Source: Octopus sinensis (lineage: Eukaryota). From it: 64,000 bases of DNA. Positions 24,509 through 36,768 of the stretch are shown in pieces. The translations under genes were made by a program, and so were the position numbers. The stretch is from positions 53,072,001 to 53,136,000 of the forward strand of contig NC_043015.1 of assembly GCF_006345805.1 (NCBI RefSeq), given 5' to 3'. The notes under the pieces are model-generated. The model was given only the letters and a program-made list of their open reading frames with translations, was not told where the DNA came from and made no database searches. Each line of letters begins with the position of its first letter. Position 1 is the first letter of the stretch.

Positions 24509-24594
24509 TGCCCCAGGTGAAGATCGAACTCACGACCTTAAGATTTCACTTTTGATTATGAGACTGATGCGCTGCCTACTGCGCTACCGAGGGC
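24509..24594 (-). tRNA. tRNA-Met(CAT): Elongator tRNA-Met(CAT) with a 12-nt intron at the canonical 37/38 position; possibly a pseudogene
   Basis: Minus: GCCCTCGGTAGCGCAGTAGGCAGCGCATCAGTCTCATA[ATCAAAAGTGAA]ATCTTAAGGTCGTGAGTTCGATCTTCACCTGGGGCA, then a TTTCTTTT terminator. Anticodon 24558-24560, intron 24545-24556. One extra C in the acceptor stem and a C:T mismatch in the anticodon stem. Confidence 0.85.
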
Positions 24595-24621
24595 AACTAT
24601 ACATATATGTTTGTTCATTTA

Positions 24622-24744
24622 TTATTCCCAAGCAAGAACGTTACTGAGCGTGACGTCGACGTTTCAGCCCGTGAGGCCATCCTCGGACTGGCCGAAACTT
24701 CGAAGTCACTGTCAGTAATATTTATATTCTTGGTTTGGGAATAA
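24622..24744. repeat. Fold-back element containing a decayed minimal hammerhead motif (PLE-like)
   Basis: Arms ttattcccaa..caagaa..ttactga..gtgacgtcga.gtttcagcc and ggccgaaac.tcgaagtcac..tcagtaa..ttcttg..ttgggaataa. Minus strand reads CCGAGGA-TGGCCTCACGGGCT-GAAAC-GTC. Confidence 0.65.
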
Positions 24745-24773
24745 CAAAATACGTACTCTCCAAAATTATAGAG

Positions 24774-24992
24774 CAGTGGTTTTCAACTAAGGTTCCGCGG
24801 AACCTTAGGGTTCTGCCAGTACAGTCCAGGGGTTCCGCAAGAAGTTACAAAACTGCTAAAATCGGCAGTAATTTTTAATTCTCCTGTGCAGATATGTGTG
24901 CATAAGACTATTAAATTATTGCACAGGGGTTCCTCGAGCCAGTGGAATGTTTCCTTGGGGTTCCGCTCCAGCAAAATGTTTGAAAAGCACTG
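24774..24992. mobile_element. hAT (Charlie-like) MITE with 8-bp TSD
   Basis: TIRs CAGTGGTTTTCAA / TTGAAAAGCACTG. TSD ttatagag (24766-24773) and ttatagaa (24993-25000). Confidence 0.88.
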
Positions 24993-25068
24993 TTATAGAA
25001 TGACCCATCAGATTAATATAAAACTGTTTCTATTTTACCTAAACATAAAATCAGACATTAGCAACACA

Positions 25069-25111
<43 letters not shown>

Positions 25112-25130
25112 ATCATAGTTTATATGTATA

Positions 25131-25331
25131 GGCGTAGGAGTGGCTGTGTGGTAAATAGCTTGCTTACCAATCACATAGTTCTGGGTTCAGTCCCACTGCG
25201 TGGCACTTTGGGTAAGTGTCTTCTACTATAGCCTCGGGCCGACCAAAGCCTTGTGAGTAGACGGAAACTGAAAAAGCCCGTCGTATATATGTATATATGG
25301 ATATATATACACTTACATACATACATACTAC

Positions 25332-25380
<49 letters not shown>

Positions 25381-25608
25381 GTGTATATGTTTGTGTGTCT
25401 GTGTTTGTCCCCCCACCATCGCTTGACAACCGATGCTGGTGTGTTTACGTCCCCGTAACTTAGCAGTTCGGCAAAAGAGACCCGATAGGCTAAGTACCAG
25501 GCTTACAAAGAATAAGTCGTGGGGTCGATTTGCTCGACTGAAAGGTGGTGCTCCAGCATGGTCACAGTCAACTGACTGAAACAAGTAAAAGAGTAAAGAG
25601 TAAAAGAG
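25131..25608 (+). mobile_element. SINE family B, full length
   Basis: ggcgtaggagtggctgtgtgg...gggttcagtccc...microsatellite...gtaaaagagtaaagagtaaaagag. Partial copies at ~22125-22230, 29268-29600 and 41200-41730. Confidence 0.92.
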
Positions 25609-26437
25609 CATGTTTAAATTCCACCACAGGTATATGGCTGATAACGTGATAATGCATGTAAATATGTTTCCATGATGTGTGTGTGTGTGTGTGTGTTTGT
25701 GTATCTATACATATACCTATATGTATATGTGCTTATGTTAACCCTTGCATACGGCCATACGTCGCCATTGTTGTTGTCATTTTTGTTATGTTTATTCGTT
25801 TGATTTTTATGTTCTTGTTTTATTTTTGTTTGCGTTTCTCTCCCGTTGTTTTCATTAGTTTCTGTTTGTTTCTGTGTTATTTTTTTTAGAGTGGGGTGTG
25901 TGTAATTGAGGGTAGGAGGGTCACTATTGTCTCTTCATCTCCTCCTCCTTCTTCTCGTCCTTTTCCTCCTCCCCGCTTTTTTTTATTTTTGAAACTCGCC
26001 CCTCCTCTTTTGTTCTTCAAACTTCTCGTCCTTCAGAAGACACAACACAATAGCTACTAATATACATCATTGACAAAAACAACAACTACAAAAAAAAAAA
26101 GAGAGAGAGAGAGAGAAACAAAACGAAAAATCATCAAAAACATTAAAAAAAAACAAACAACGAAAAAATATAGTTTGGTGACACAATAACGCTGTGGAGA
26201 AGATGTATATTGCCTGCAGGTAAAGAGTGCATGCAGTTAAGACCATCTTCTCTAGAATACGGCATGGCATTTGGGCAAGGAAAAAGCGGGGAGAGAGAGA
26301 GAGACTTCGAGAGACCATTGAAAAATACTTGCAAAGCAGTCAGCGGCATGAATCACTCATTACTCGCCTTGGAGCTTAGAAGAAAGGACAACTGTGCTAT
26401 TTGCTAATACTATGATCCTAAAACCCCTACCTCTCTA

Positions 26438-26489
<52 letters not shown>

Positions 26490-26815
26490 CCTTTCTTCGT
26501 CGTTACCTCTTAAGTCGGTTCGAACGTTCGACACCCTCTCACTTTATCGTTTCTTCCATCGTTGTCCCAACCACCGACCCCACTTTGTTTTTTTTTGTTT
26601 TTGTCTTTGGCCTCTCCCTGCATGTTCCCCGAGGCATACGTTGAAGGCCCTGCATGCACGTATGCCTGCCTCTACAATCAAGCGTATATAATATGTATGC
26701 ATTTATGTATGCGCGTATCTATCTATCTATCTATATCTATCTATCTATCTATCAGTTGTGAGTATGTTAAACGGAATAACACGGAAAATAAAACAAGGTA
26801 CATTAAAACATACAC

Positions 26816-26846
<31 letters not shown>

Positions 26847-27111
26847 TGTATGTATGTATGTATGTATGTATGTATGTATGTATGTGTGTGTGTGTGTATG
26901 TGTGTAGGTGGATGTGATCGAACATATTAATGTTTGCATGCATGCATGCAAACACATGCAAAATCAGTTTTTAACTTTGTGCAAATACAAAAGCTTATAC
27001 GTAATTCAGTGCATATAAGCTTTTGTATTTGCACCCATGCAGTCGCAAAACAATATAAGGAATATAGCTGCCGTTGATTGTCTGTCTGTTCGTCTGACCC
27101 CGAGTCGGTTT

Positions 27112-27112
27112 G

Positions 27113-27194
<82 letters not shown>

Positions 27195-27249
27195 CATCCA
27201 TCCATCCATCCATCCACCTGCCCGCCCACCCACCCACCCACCTACCTAC

Positions 27250-27314
<65 letters not shown>
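27112..27314. repeat. (TCTA)n/(TCCA)n tetranucleotide microsatellite
   Basis: Direct inspection. Similar tracts at 37748-37855 and 59478-59822. Confidence 0.95.
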
Positions 27315-27320
<6 letters not shown>

Positions 27321-28686
27321 GCTTAGCTTGCGATCTGTCTGTTTGTCCGCCATTACTTTCAAATATATTTTTATACGAAACATTTCCATTTTTTATGATG
27401 CTATTTCCAAATTTAATTAAAAACAGTAACCTTTAATTCTCCTCTCCATTGGGGCTACAAGGACTCAAATATTAGTGAGTCAATATTCGATCGCATCAAC
27501 CCCAGTGTTCAACGGGTACCTAATTTATCTACCCCTATAGAATGAAAGCCAACGTCGACCTCAGCAGAATTTGCACTTAGAACGTAAAGGCGAACCAAAT
27601 TCCGCTAAGCAGTTAGCCCATGGAGCTAAAGATCTCGCCAGCTGGCCCTAGAGAAATCTATAATAATGTTTTCTACTGTAGACACAAGACCTCAAATTTG
27701 GTGGGAGGGGACTGGTCGATTACATCCCAGTGTTTCACTGGTACTTAATTTATCAACCCGAAAGGCTGAAAAGCAAAGTCGACCTCGGCGGAACTTGAAC
27801 TCAGAACGTAGCGACGTGTGAAATATCGCTAAGCATTTCGTCCAGTGTACTAACAGTTCTGCAAGCTCGATGCCTCAGAGAAATCTATAATAATTCTTTC
27901 CACTAAAGGTACAAGGCCTATAATTTTGAGAGAAGGAGTAAGTCGATTACATCGACCCAAAGTACTGGTCTCGGGTTCGGTCCTACTTGGTGGGCTAGTG
28001 TCTTACACTTGAAAATTTAGTATTTATTTTACAGAAAGTTATGAGGAAACAAAACTAGTTGGTGTACATCTGTATTTATGCTAAGAAAAATTGCATTCAA
28101 AATGAGATATGAAGGCTGCTGGTACTTCATACTAAACTTTCAGTATGGTAATATTACTTTTCTGGGTCTTCATGCTCTGAGTTCAAATTCCGCCGCGGTC
28201 CACTTAGCCTTTCATCCTTTCGGGATCGAAAAATTAAGTACCAGTTGCGTACTGGGGTCGATCTAATCGAATGACCCCCGCCTCCTCCAAAATTTCGGGC
28301 CTTGTGCCTAGAGTGGAAAAGCTTATTAATTTTCTGGTCAGTTAACAGCCTTATTGTCCGTTTTGTTGTTAAGTAACATATCCCTTGACGAGAAAGTGAA
28401 TTGCCTGAGGTCAATGTTGCTCCAGTGTTCTAATCTGGTTCTCATACACCGTTAATACAGACCGAAGGCCGCAGCAGCTGTCATGCTTCAATGACAAATG
28501 GAACCTCTCAACGTCCGCTTCGTCGTCCAACACTCAGTTGTTTCCTAGTAATTTTACGCCGTGCAAACAAGAACTGTGTAATGAATATCAAATTATAACG
28601 AGAAATGCGGGGTAACCAATATGGAATCAATTGTTTGCAGTGTATGTGTGTGTGTGAGTGTTTTTATTTATATATAATATATATAC

Positions 28687-28740
<54 letters not shown>

Positions 28741-28747
28741 TATATAT

Positions 28748-28807
<60 letters not shown>

Positions 28808-28809
28808 TA

Positions 28810-28952
<143 letters not shown>

Positions 28953-31250
28953 TATATACATATACATACACATACACACACGCACACACACACACACACA
29001 TATATGTATATATATATCTATGTGTGTGTGTTTGTATGTTTATTGTTGGGTAAATACAGAACATAGATAAGGTCATAAGTAATTGAAAATATGTCGACGT
29101 GACCCGAGAGAGCCTATTATGTCAGCGTGACTTTGTGCTCTGCTTACAAAAAGGGGACATCTACAAAAAAAGTGAATTGCTACAATACGCAATTCATTAA
29201 GAAATCCTTTCATTCCACTGACGAATCAACGAGGTGGTCACTAACGAATGTAAGTATAGTTTTCTAATGCCACTTTGGGCAAGTGTCTTCTACTATAGCC
29301 TCGGGCCGATCAAAATCTTGTTAGTGGATTTGATTAACGGAAACTGAAAGAAGCCCGTAGTATATGTATAAACGTGTGTGTGCGTGTAACTTCGTGATTT
29401 AGCAAAAGAGACCAATAGAATAAGTACCAGACTTAAAAATAAAGGTCCTGGGGTTGATTTCTTCGACTAAAAATCTTCAAAGCGGTGCCCCAGCATGGCC
29501 GTAGTCTTAAAAATAGTACCTCATATCTTTTAACTTTTATTTGTTTTAGCAGCGGGACTGAACCCCGGACTGTGTGGTTGGGAAGCAAGCTTCTTACCTC
29601 ACGTTGCTTGATCTGTTAGAATCAAATAAAATTTCTTTTATTAATCTCCTTAACGTTCACAAGAGAGGAATAAAACCAAAACTGTGAAATATTCCATTAT
29701 ATATACTCATGTTTATGATAGCTATTTCCTGCAAGATCAACACTGACCGAGCAGTTATGTGAATAAGCTCCATTCCAACCGTGTCCATCTCGACATTTTT
29801 TATTTAGTATTTAGGCTTAAATCATCATCTGATATAATGTGTGTTTCCATTTATTAAGACGATGTGTGTGTATGTATGTGTGTGTGTGGTGTGTGTATGT
29901 GTGTGTGTATGTGTGTGCGTGTGTGTGCGTGTGCGAATTAAACGGTATTTGACTGCTATTTCTAGCCGGTTAAGTTATATCCTAAACTCTCTCTAGTTGA
30001 TACGGGAGCGAAATACGCTTATATGTATGTGTACGTGTGCACCGATGTGTGTGTGTGATTGTGTGTGCGTGCGTGGGTCTGTGTATATCGGAACTGATCA
30101 TGTTTGCACACACACTCACATACTCAAAGACAGACACACTCATACACACACACACGCGCACAGACTCACACACACACAAACATTCACACACACACAATCG
30201 CTCACACACGCACATTCACATACAGACACACTTATACACACTCATACACACACACTCGCTCGCACACACACACACACACAAACACACAAATACACATACA
30301 CATACGCACACATATTCAGATTTTATGCACCAAGTATGTCTTGTAGTGACCCCTATGTAAGTGGTATGTTTGGGGTAGACATGGAAATGTGTGTATGTGT
30401 GCGTATGTGTGTATGTGTATGTCTACGCGTGTATAATTTTGCGTGTTCTTTTTTTTTATCTTTTTTATTTCTTGTATTCTTGCTTCCGAAGGTTGTAATT
30501 AACATACTTCGAACAACAATTACAAACAATAAACAAAATGGAAGACAAGCAACGTTAATTGCCATCTCCCGGTCTTAACCACCTGTACAGGTGCAAAGGT
30601 AACAACGCGTGCGCGCGCACACACATATACGCACACATACACATGTATATGTGTACATATGTGTGTGTGTTTGTGCATATGTATAATATATATATATATA
30701 TATATACGTATGTGTGTGTACATATATGTGTGTGTGTATATATGTATTTATATATAAATGTGTGTATGTATGTATGTATGTATATATGTATGGAGAACTA
30801 TTAATACACAAATGACTGACACGAACGAACGCACATTCTCTCTTCCTTCTCCCCTCTCTGCCTCTTCCTCCTCCTTATATCTAAATTCGGCTTCCTTTGA
30901 CCTCTGACACGACTTCTTCTCTTTGCTCTGTACCCGTAATTTGCATTTTGCTTTGTCTTCTGTGCTCTTCCTGACCGACCAATTGGCTCCATTCTTACCC
31001 GCCCCGTTTTCTTTCTTTCTTTCTTTCTTTCTTTTCTTTTCTTTCCTTCCTTCTTTCTTTCGTTCTTTCGTTCTTTCCTTCCTTCCTTCCTTCTTTCTTT
31101 CCTTCTTTCTTTCTTCCTTTCTTTCCTTATTGTTCCTTCCAGGACTTTCTTTTTTAAACATGTAGTAGTAGTAGTAGTAGTAGTAGTAGTATGAAGAAGA
31201 AGAAGAAGAAGAAGAAGAAGAAGAAGAATGATAATTATAATAATGATAAT

Positions 31251-31795
31251 TTCTTTTATTTGCCACAGAGGCCGAAAATCATTCGGAACAATTCAAAGAC
31301 GAAGAACAGCGGCAATTTACTTTGAGCAGGGACAAGCATTAAAAACAATAACAATTAACGAAAAAATTTGTACATAATAACAAAATTTCCTAGTATGCGT
31401 GGGGTGGGGTAGGATCACTCAGAAGTTACCAAGGAACCCTAGACATCTTGGGTCACCCCGACCGCTAAGGACACTCTTAGAAGGTGGTCCTCTCGCATCC
31501 GTTCTTTCCAACATATAATCGGCGACTAAGGGTTCACTTACTCGGACCATCGTCATCACATTCACCCTCTTTTTCAACAAATTTAGTGGTCGGTGGGGGT
31601 GCAACACCCAACTCTTGACCCTCACCTTCCTTTTCAAGTGGAACTAAAAGAAAAAGTCGTTAAGCGTTTTGGCTGAAGAAGAAAGTGTTTGTCTTCAACC
31701 CCCTAAATCTAGTCTATCATGCAACATCTAATGCTCAGGCACCTGATAGAAGAAAACTGCTTGCCTTTTCCTGGTTATAAGAAGGCGTCGGCTTC
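31251..31795 (-). mobile_element. Tx1-type LINE 3' end (decayed ORF2 C-terminus plus 3' UTR)
   Basis: Minus translation ...QAVFF...TRFRGLKTNTF...FHLKRKVRV, homologous to 33760-34040 and 60060-60290. Terminus GGCCTCTGTGGCAAATAAAAGAAA followed by microsatellites. Confidence 0.8.
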
Positions 31796-31949
31796 GGATC
31801 GATCTTCATAATCAATCAATCAATGTTCGTTGAGTCTGAACAGCCAATACCAATCAGTCGGTATTCACAGTACGGACTATACAATTCATCCTTTCGATCG
31901 CTGAATAGAAAACACGGCTCTCTCTTTCTCTCTCTCTACATATATATAA

Positions 31950-32048
31950 CAAAGTCGACCTCGGTGGAATTTGAACTCACAACGTAGCGGCAGACGAAAT
32001 ACTGCTAAGCAATTTTGCCCGGCGTGCTAACGATTCTGCCTGCTCGCC

Positions 32049-32050
<2 letters not shown>
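31950..32050 (-). mobile_element. SINE family A head
   Basis: aaagtcgacctcggtggaatttgaactcac...gctaacgattctgcctgctcgcc. Confidence 0.85.
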
Positions 32051-32100
<50 letters not shown>

Positions 32101-32150
32101 GGAAGAAGAAGAAGAACAACAACAACAACAATAACAACAACAATAATAAT

Positions 32151-32446
32151 GCGCAGAATTTGTGGACAAAATGATGAATATCATATTACCAGTCTATGTA
32201 CGCCACTAGCCCGGAAAGAATATAAGAGACGTCATGACAATATAGCAAGGATTGTCTATTGGACACTTTGATAGAGCAAAACAGTGATACGAACATAAAC
32301 CCGAAAGCATCATCAAAAATGATAATGCAAAGATCCTATGGGATTTTATGATTCAGTGCGACCATGAGATAGGGAATAGGAAGCCAGACGTAGTCTTAAT
32401 TAAGAAAGAAAGCAAACAGTGCTGGATCATAGATATAGAATGCTCC
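32151..32446 (+). mobile_element. R4/Dong-type (restriction-like endonuclease) non-LTR fragment 1
   Basis: RICGQNDE..HITSLCTPLARKEYKRRHDNIARIVYWTL...KILWDFMIQCDHEIGNRKPDVVL...CWIIDI: CCHC knuckle, RHD motif and the start of a PD..D nuclease. Confidence 0.85.
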
Positions 32447-33076
32447 GGACCTCTGCAGAATGTGTGAGAAGATGGTCGAAAGTGAGACTCACATTGTTAG
32501 TGCTTGTGAAAGTCTTGCGTAGGAGTACAAGCGTAGATACGACAAAATAGTCCAAAATCTCCACTGCTTACTATGCCCTAAGTATGGATAAGAAGTTACG
32601 GGTGCTTGATACCAATATACACCGGAAAAGATAATGAACGAAAAGGGAAAGCAAAAATCCTTTGGGACTTTCATTTCCAGACAAAGTATTAGAGCACCGA
32701 TGGCCAGATATAGTAACCTTTAGGAGGGACAAACAAGAGTACCTAATAACTGACGTGGCAGTGCCAGGAGATCAACATATCATCATGAACGAAAGACAAA
32801 AGGTTTATAAATACGGAGACCTGAGAATTGAGATCGCTAAGATGTGGAAGTTACGAGAGTCAAGCATAAAGGTTATCCCTATTGTCATCGGAGCATTGGG
32901 TTCAATACCACCCAATCTGAAAAAAAGCATCTGAAGCCCTAGAATTACTTGGAACTGCACGTATATTGCGTCAAGTACTGTCTGAGGTTCTTGTGACTTG
33001 ACAAACAGTATAAACCCCCGGTAGACACAATATCTACAATCAACGACCTCACGATATTGTATACTGTGCGACGTCT
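32447..33076 (+). mobile_element. R4/Dong-type non-LTR fragment 2 with 3' end and (TAA)n tail
   Basis: LCRMCEKMVESETHIVSACESLA*EYKRRYD...ILWDF...WPDIV...ITDVAVPGD...KVYKYGDL..EIAKMW...VIPIVIGALG. Confidence 0.9.
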
Positions 33077-33210
33077 ATAATAATAATAATAATAATAATA
33101 ATCACGATTTCATTTATTTGCCACAAGAGCGAAGGATGGGGGAGGCAATACAGAGACAGATATAAAGTGTGGGGATTTACATATGATAATGAAATGACAA
33201 AAAACAGTAA

Positions 33211-33356
33211 ATTATTTACATTTGACAGATATTTTTCCTCATCTTAGTTGTTATCACAACGTTTCGGCTGATATACCCTCCAGCCTTCATCAGGTGTCTT
33301 GGGGAAATTTCGAACCTGGGTTCTTATTCCTAAGGTATTTTTCGATGTTGTTGTTG

Positions 33357-33421
<65 letters not shown>

Positions 33422-33506
33422 TCAGGTCACTGCTTGTGGTTAGATTCGAACTCGGAATCTTCTGGTTAGTAGCCCACGCTCTTTACCACAACACCGTATA
33501 GAACTG
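33211..33506 (-). mobile_element. SINE family D (tRNA head, (AAT)n, hammerhead ribozyme), copy 1
   Basis: Homologous to 39121-39417 and 49355-49566. Minus strand B box GAGTTCGAATC, (AAT)n, then CTGATGA...GAAACGTT. Confidence 0.88.
33255..33298 (-). ncRNA. Minimal type I hammerhead ribozyme, canonical core
   Basis: GACAC-CUGAUGA-A-GGCUG(GAGGGUAUAU)CAGCC-GAAAC-GUU-GUG: intact CUGAUGA and GAAA boxes, 5-bp stem II, palindromic AACGUU stem III, stem I CAC/GUG. Confidence 0.8.
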
Positions 33507-34362
33507 TATTAAAATACAGCAAATATACACGGTATACACTGAAAAAGAAGGGACATATGCATAGCACACAAAGGTTAAAAAAAAGTGGCGGGGAGGGTGA
33601 TAGAGATGTGGCCCTCCTGATACAGGAAGGCCTCTAGAAACAATCATGGAACTCCACTGTAGGAGATTTCCCAGAAATCCCAGAAAGGTTCACACAGAGA
33701 GGTACCATCCATTCTTGCCATTTTCGCAGCTTTCACCCACCTTTCAATAAGCTCCCTCGAGGACAGCACTTCCCTTTCGATTCTCAATTTCTTTTTCAAG
33801 TGAATCTTGAAAAGTCAATGAGAGCTCTACCAAAGAGGAGTGTGTCTGTCCTCATGCCTTTCAGCCTTGTCCACCAAACAACCTCTTTCGCCACAACCAC
33901 CAGGCAAAGGAAAACTGCTTTGCCTGCTCGATTGAAGGAGGGAGGCGGTGCGATCATCACCACTGCCTCGGCCGACAGGCGCACCCGTCCCACACGTGAC
34001 ATCAGCTGTTCAACGTAACCCCACAAGTCAGCAATACCCGGACACTGGACATTAGATCTTTTAATAAGAGAGCTAGGGAATGTGTACAGCAACAAAGAAA
34101 AAACGGAGAACATGGTACCCAATTACAAATACAAACAACAAGAATATAACAACAGGTGTCTTTCGACTGAGAACAAATCAAATTGAGCTGGCGTGTTTGT
34201 AGTGAAAGCCTAAAGGTAGGAACATAGGAGATGGACATAAAGGTCTTTGCGGTCAGCAGCCACGCTAAGAAAGATCATGGCTGGCCGGACACGGGTCACG
34301 TCAAAGGTGGAGAGAGGGGTAGGGGCTGCAGGATTGAAGGATTAGAAAAAAGCAGGGGATAT

Positions 34363-34417
<55 letters not shown>

Positions 34418-34696
34418 CCTGTTCAGGCTATATTATTAGTATTAACCTGCGTTTGAGAATTTAAAATCACTTTAACAACTTTCTAAGACATCTCAACGCT
34501 TCTAACGTGTTTGTTTGTTTGCGTTCATCATAATTTGAATTTAACATATATATATATATATATATACGCTTTTCGGTATCCAGCAACCACCAAAACTCGT
34601 TCAAATTATTTACCAGTTGAGCTTCTTTTCATCTGTCTTTGTATATCTATTAATATATATCTCTAGCTGCATAACTATTCATACATCTGCAGACTC

Positions 34697-35082
34697 ACCT
34701 ACCTACGCACCTACCTACCTACCTACCTACCTACCTACCTACCTACCTACCTACCTACCTACCTACCTACCTACTTACCTACCTACCTACCTAACTACCT
34801 ACCTACCTACCTACCTACCTACCTACCTACCTACCTACCTTTCTACGCACATATCTACCTACCTACCTACGCACCTACCTACCTACCTACCTACCTACCT
34901 ACCTACCTACCTAGCTACCTACCTACCTACCTACCTACCTACCTACCTACCTACCTACCTACCTACCTACATACCTACCTACCTACCTACCTACCTACCT
35001 ACGAACCTACCTACCTACCTACCTACCTACCTACCTACCTACCTACCTACCTACCTACCTACGAACCTACCTGCCTGCCTGC
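34697..35082. repeat. (CCTA)n microsatellite, ~380 bp
   Basis: Direct inspection. Confidence 0.97.
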
Positions 35083-36127
35083 CCTCCTGTCTGTCTGTTT
35101 GGTCACAAGTTTTGGTCTGAAACATGTAAAAGATGAAAGTGAAACGTCCACTGATATTTCTTAACCAAGATTATTTCATTTTAGTTTAACTATCCATCAT
35201 TAATGTATCTTTGAAAGCATAAATTTATAGACCTTCATTACATTGTGTCCGCCATTTTAATACACGAATGCAGAATAATATAGACATTCTCCTCCACACT
35301 CTCTCTAATAATATATATCTTCTCTCTCTCTCTTTCTCACGTTTTTCGTTCCTTTCTTTGTAACCCTTTCTCCTACTTCTCACTCAATTCGAGTTATTAC
35401 CTCCCTTGGCGTATGCGCATCGCACGGACGAAACAGTCAGAAACGTAGGAATGCGAAGAATAATATTATAGATAATAATAATTATTTATAATAATAATAA
35501 TGAGAAGAAGAATTATAATAATAAGGATAAACATGGTAAAAAGAAATCGAGATATAAAGCGTAGATGTGAAGAAAAGCAAAGAATATAATAATGCTGTTT
35601 GTTAATTATTAAGCGTGGGCAAAATCACGTGGTCGAAATCAAAAGACGCCGGTTGCTGTTTAAAAAAAAAAACGATTTCTTAGAAGAAACCTGACTGAGT
35701 TTTCTTAGTAGCAATAGTAGTAGTAGTAGTAGTAGTAGTAATATTTATAGCAAGTTGGCTTCTTGAAGAGCTTTGCAAATCAGTGATGCAGTGAACTCCG
35801 AAAACTGATCAGGAAGAATTTGCAAAAACTAAATAAATATATAAATAAATAAATGAATAAAATTGCAATGATAGATTAATACAAAAACAAATATAAGACA
35901 ACGACAAAGATCACCCCCTCCCCCTCCCATCCACCCTTCATCTCTGAAAGAAGTGAAAAATAAAAAAAACAACATTCCGAACTGTATACCAAGTGCAATC
36001 ATTAAAAGTTACGTAGCGTGAAATTCGTTTCAAAAGTTAACTAACGAAAGGAGAGAAAATAAACAAACACAACTCAAACGAAAGATAATATATGAATTTT
36101 ATGTGTCTGTGTGTGTGTGTGTACGTG

Positions 36128-36158
<31 letters not shown>

Positions 36159-36555
36159 GTGTGTATGCGCACGCATGTGTGTAGGTGTATATATAGGTAA
36201 ACGTGTGAGATTTATTTGTACATGTGTATACCTATATATGCATATATATATATGTATGTATGTATGTATGCATGTATGTATGTATGTATGTATGTATGTA
36301 TGTATGTATGTACGTGTGTGTGTGTATACGTACATATAGGGAAACGTGTGGATATATAGATACGTATGTATATTTCTGTATACCCATATGTGTGTGTATG
36401 TGTGTGTCTGCGCGCGCGTGTGTTTGATTGTCTATATGTATGTATATATGCATATGTATTAATATGTATGTCTATGTTCTGAAGTATATGTATATTATAT
36501 ATATGTGTGTGTGTGTATACGTACATATATACATATGAATATCTCTCTCTCTCTC

Positions 36556-36586
<31 letters not shown>

Positions 36587-36587
36587 T

Positions 36588-36619
<32 letters not shown>

Positions 36620-36687
36620 CGTGTGTGTATCTAAGTATAGACTAACGTTCCTATATATATATACATAATACACACACACACACACAC

Positions 36688-36768
<81 letters not shown>

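Larger units (their letters stand above)
33108..34050 (-). mobile_element. Tx1-type LINE 3' portion, with its UTR interrupted by SINE family D
   Basis: VQCPGIADLWGYVEQL...AKEVVWWTRLKG translation. Terminus GCTCTTGTGGCAAATAATGAAA then (TTA)n. Confidence 0.82.
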
